Positions 62,921 through 64,000 of a stretch of DNA of 64,000 bases are shown here, piece by piece. Source of the stretch: Scenedesmus sp. PABB004 (Eukaryota); the NCBI GenBank assembly GCA_014905635.1, contig JABVCE010000014.1, positions 558,001 through 622,000 on the forward strand, given 5' to 3'. The notes beneath the pieces are model-generated. The model did no database searches, was not told the origin of the DNA, and saw only the letters and a program-made list of their open reading frames with translations. Each line of letters opens with the position of its first letter. Position 1 is the stretch's first letter. Position numbers and translations under genes: made by a program.

Positions 62921-63730
62921 TCATTCGCCCGCGCCGCCGCCGTCGCGCACGTATCGCGGCAGCATGTGCAGGAGGAGAAATCCAAACAGGTTGAAGGACC
63001 AGAAGGCGGCGTTGGCGGCCGCGAGCGCGGCGTGCCACGGCCCGAGCGCCGCGCCGCGCGCGCACCACGCCGCGAGCGGCGCGAGGCGCCAGGCGTTGAA
63101 GCCGATCGGCACGAGCAGCCGCGGCAGCAGCGCCCAGCGCGTGCTCGTTGCCTCGGCCGCCACCTGCGCAGCATGCGCGGCACGCGGCGCCTCGGTGGAG
63201 GTGCCACGGCGTGCAGGGTGCGCGCGCGCGGGTGCTTTCGCTGCTGCCGCCGCCGCTTCTGCCGCCGCCGCTTCCGCCGCCGCGCCTGGGCGGCAGTGAG
63301 GTAGAGGTGGGGCGCCAGGGCGGCCAGCAGCTCCTGGTCCCCCCGCACCGACGCGGCGGCGGCGAGGCCGCCAGGCAGCAGCAGCGCGAGCACGCCGGCG
63401 ACGGCCGCGTAACTGCGCACCCAGGCCTCCGCCGCGAGCGGCGCGACGCGCGGCGCGCGCCGGGCGGCCGCCGCGGCCGCGGCAAACCGCGTGGCGCTCG
63501 CGGCGGCCAGGTACGCTGGCCAGGCGAGGCTGAACGCGAGGTCGCGCTGCGGCACGTGCCCTGCCGAGCGGCGCGGCGGCGCGAAGTGCGCGCGGGCGGG
63601 CTGCAGGCGGCAGCGGCGCAGCGGCGGCGGCCTCACCTGTCGCCGCCAGCGCCACGCAGCCCGCAGCCAGCACCAGGGCCGCCGGGCTGATGGCCGCAGC
63701 CGCCGGCGCCGCTCGCCGCGGCTGCGACAT
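62921..63730 (-). CDS. Uncharacterised multi-pass membrane protein of a plant/algal family
   Basis: Hydrophobic exons DLAFSLAWPAYL, APHLYLTAAQ / RLLVPIGFNAWRL, LAAANAAFWSFNLFGFLL..LPRY. Two introns, the second with a GC donor. Confidence 0.7.
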   Translation of the reverse strand: MSQPRRAAPAAAAISPAALVLAAGCVALAATGEAAAAAPLPPAARPRALRAAAPLGRARAAARPRVQPRLASVPGRRERHAVCRGRGGRPARAARRAARGGGLGAQLRGRRRRARAAAAWRPRRRRVGAGGPGAAGRPGAPPLPHCRPGAAAEAAAAEAAAAAAKAPARAHPARRGTSTEAPRAAHAAQVAAEATSTRWALLPRLLVPIGFNAWRLAPLAAWCARGAALGPWHAALAAANAAFWSFNLFGFLLLHMLPRYVRDGGGAGE

Positions 63731-64000
63731 GCCGCCGCTGCTGCTGCTGCTGCTGCCTCGCCGCGGCGCGGCCCACGCGCCACTGCGCGGCCCAGGCGCT
63801 CGCGAGCGCGGTGTGTTCGTCGGGCAGACCACTCCCGAAACTGCGCCTTGGCTGGCGAGCATCGGCTGCTGCCGTGGCGGCGACAGCGGCCGCTGGCACG
63901 CGCGTGGCCCAGCGCGCTTGGGCGGAGCGTGCGCGGGGGCGAGTTGCTGCCGTGGGAGCGAGTCACGACAGGTCTCCTGCGGCTGAGCGGCGCCTCGTGC

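Noticed and set aside
1..64000. Hundreds of long Arg/Ala/Pro/Gly-rich ORFs on alternative frames and strands
   Set aside because: Expected from the scarcity of stop codons at very high GC. They shadow real spliced genes and carry no motifs.

Overview
Very GC-rich, gene-dense eukaryotic DNA with short introns (GT/GC..CAG, CTGAC branch motifs). It is most consistent with the nuclear genome of a chlorophyte green alga (Sphaeropleales-like; inference). Most long ORFs in the track are GC artefacts, so I rebuilt about 20 gene models by eye, nearly all spliced: MBD9-like, F-box/LRR, tRNase Z, geranylgeranyl-reductase-family protein, Tic20, two large secreted proteins, WD40, FAD oxidase, TRFL/TRP Myb, GDP-mannose pyrophosphorylase, MAF1, CreA, VWA and several small unknowns. 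Three things stand out. (1) An intronless ~1000-aa Fanzor (eukaryotic TnpB-family RNA-guided nuclease) lies between CreA and MAF1. It has an intact-looking RuvC D/E/D triad and Zn finger, a hairpin-rich downstream region that may be its omega-RNA, and a perfect 37-bp inverted repeat over its start codon. (2) Four unrelated ~40-bp-stem fold-backs cluster in the 23.2-24.1 kb intergenic region and resemble a polycistronic miRNA locus. (3) GC-AG introns are frequent. Gene boundaries are manual estimates and no database searches were run.
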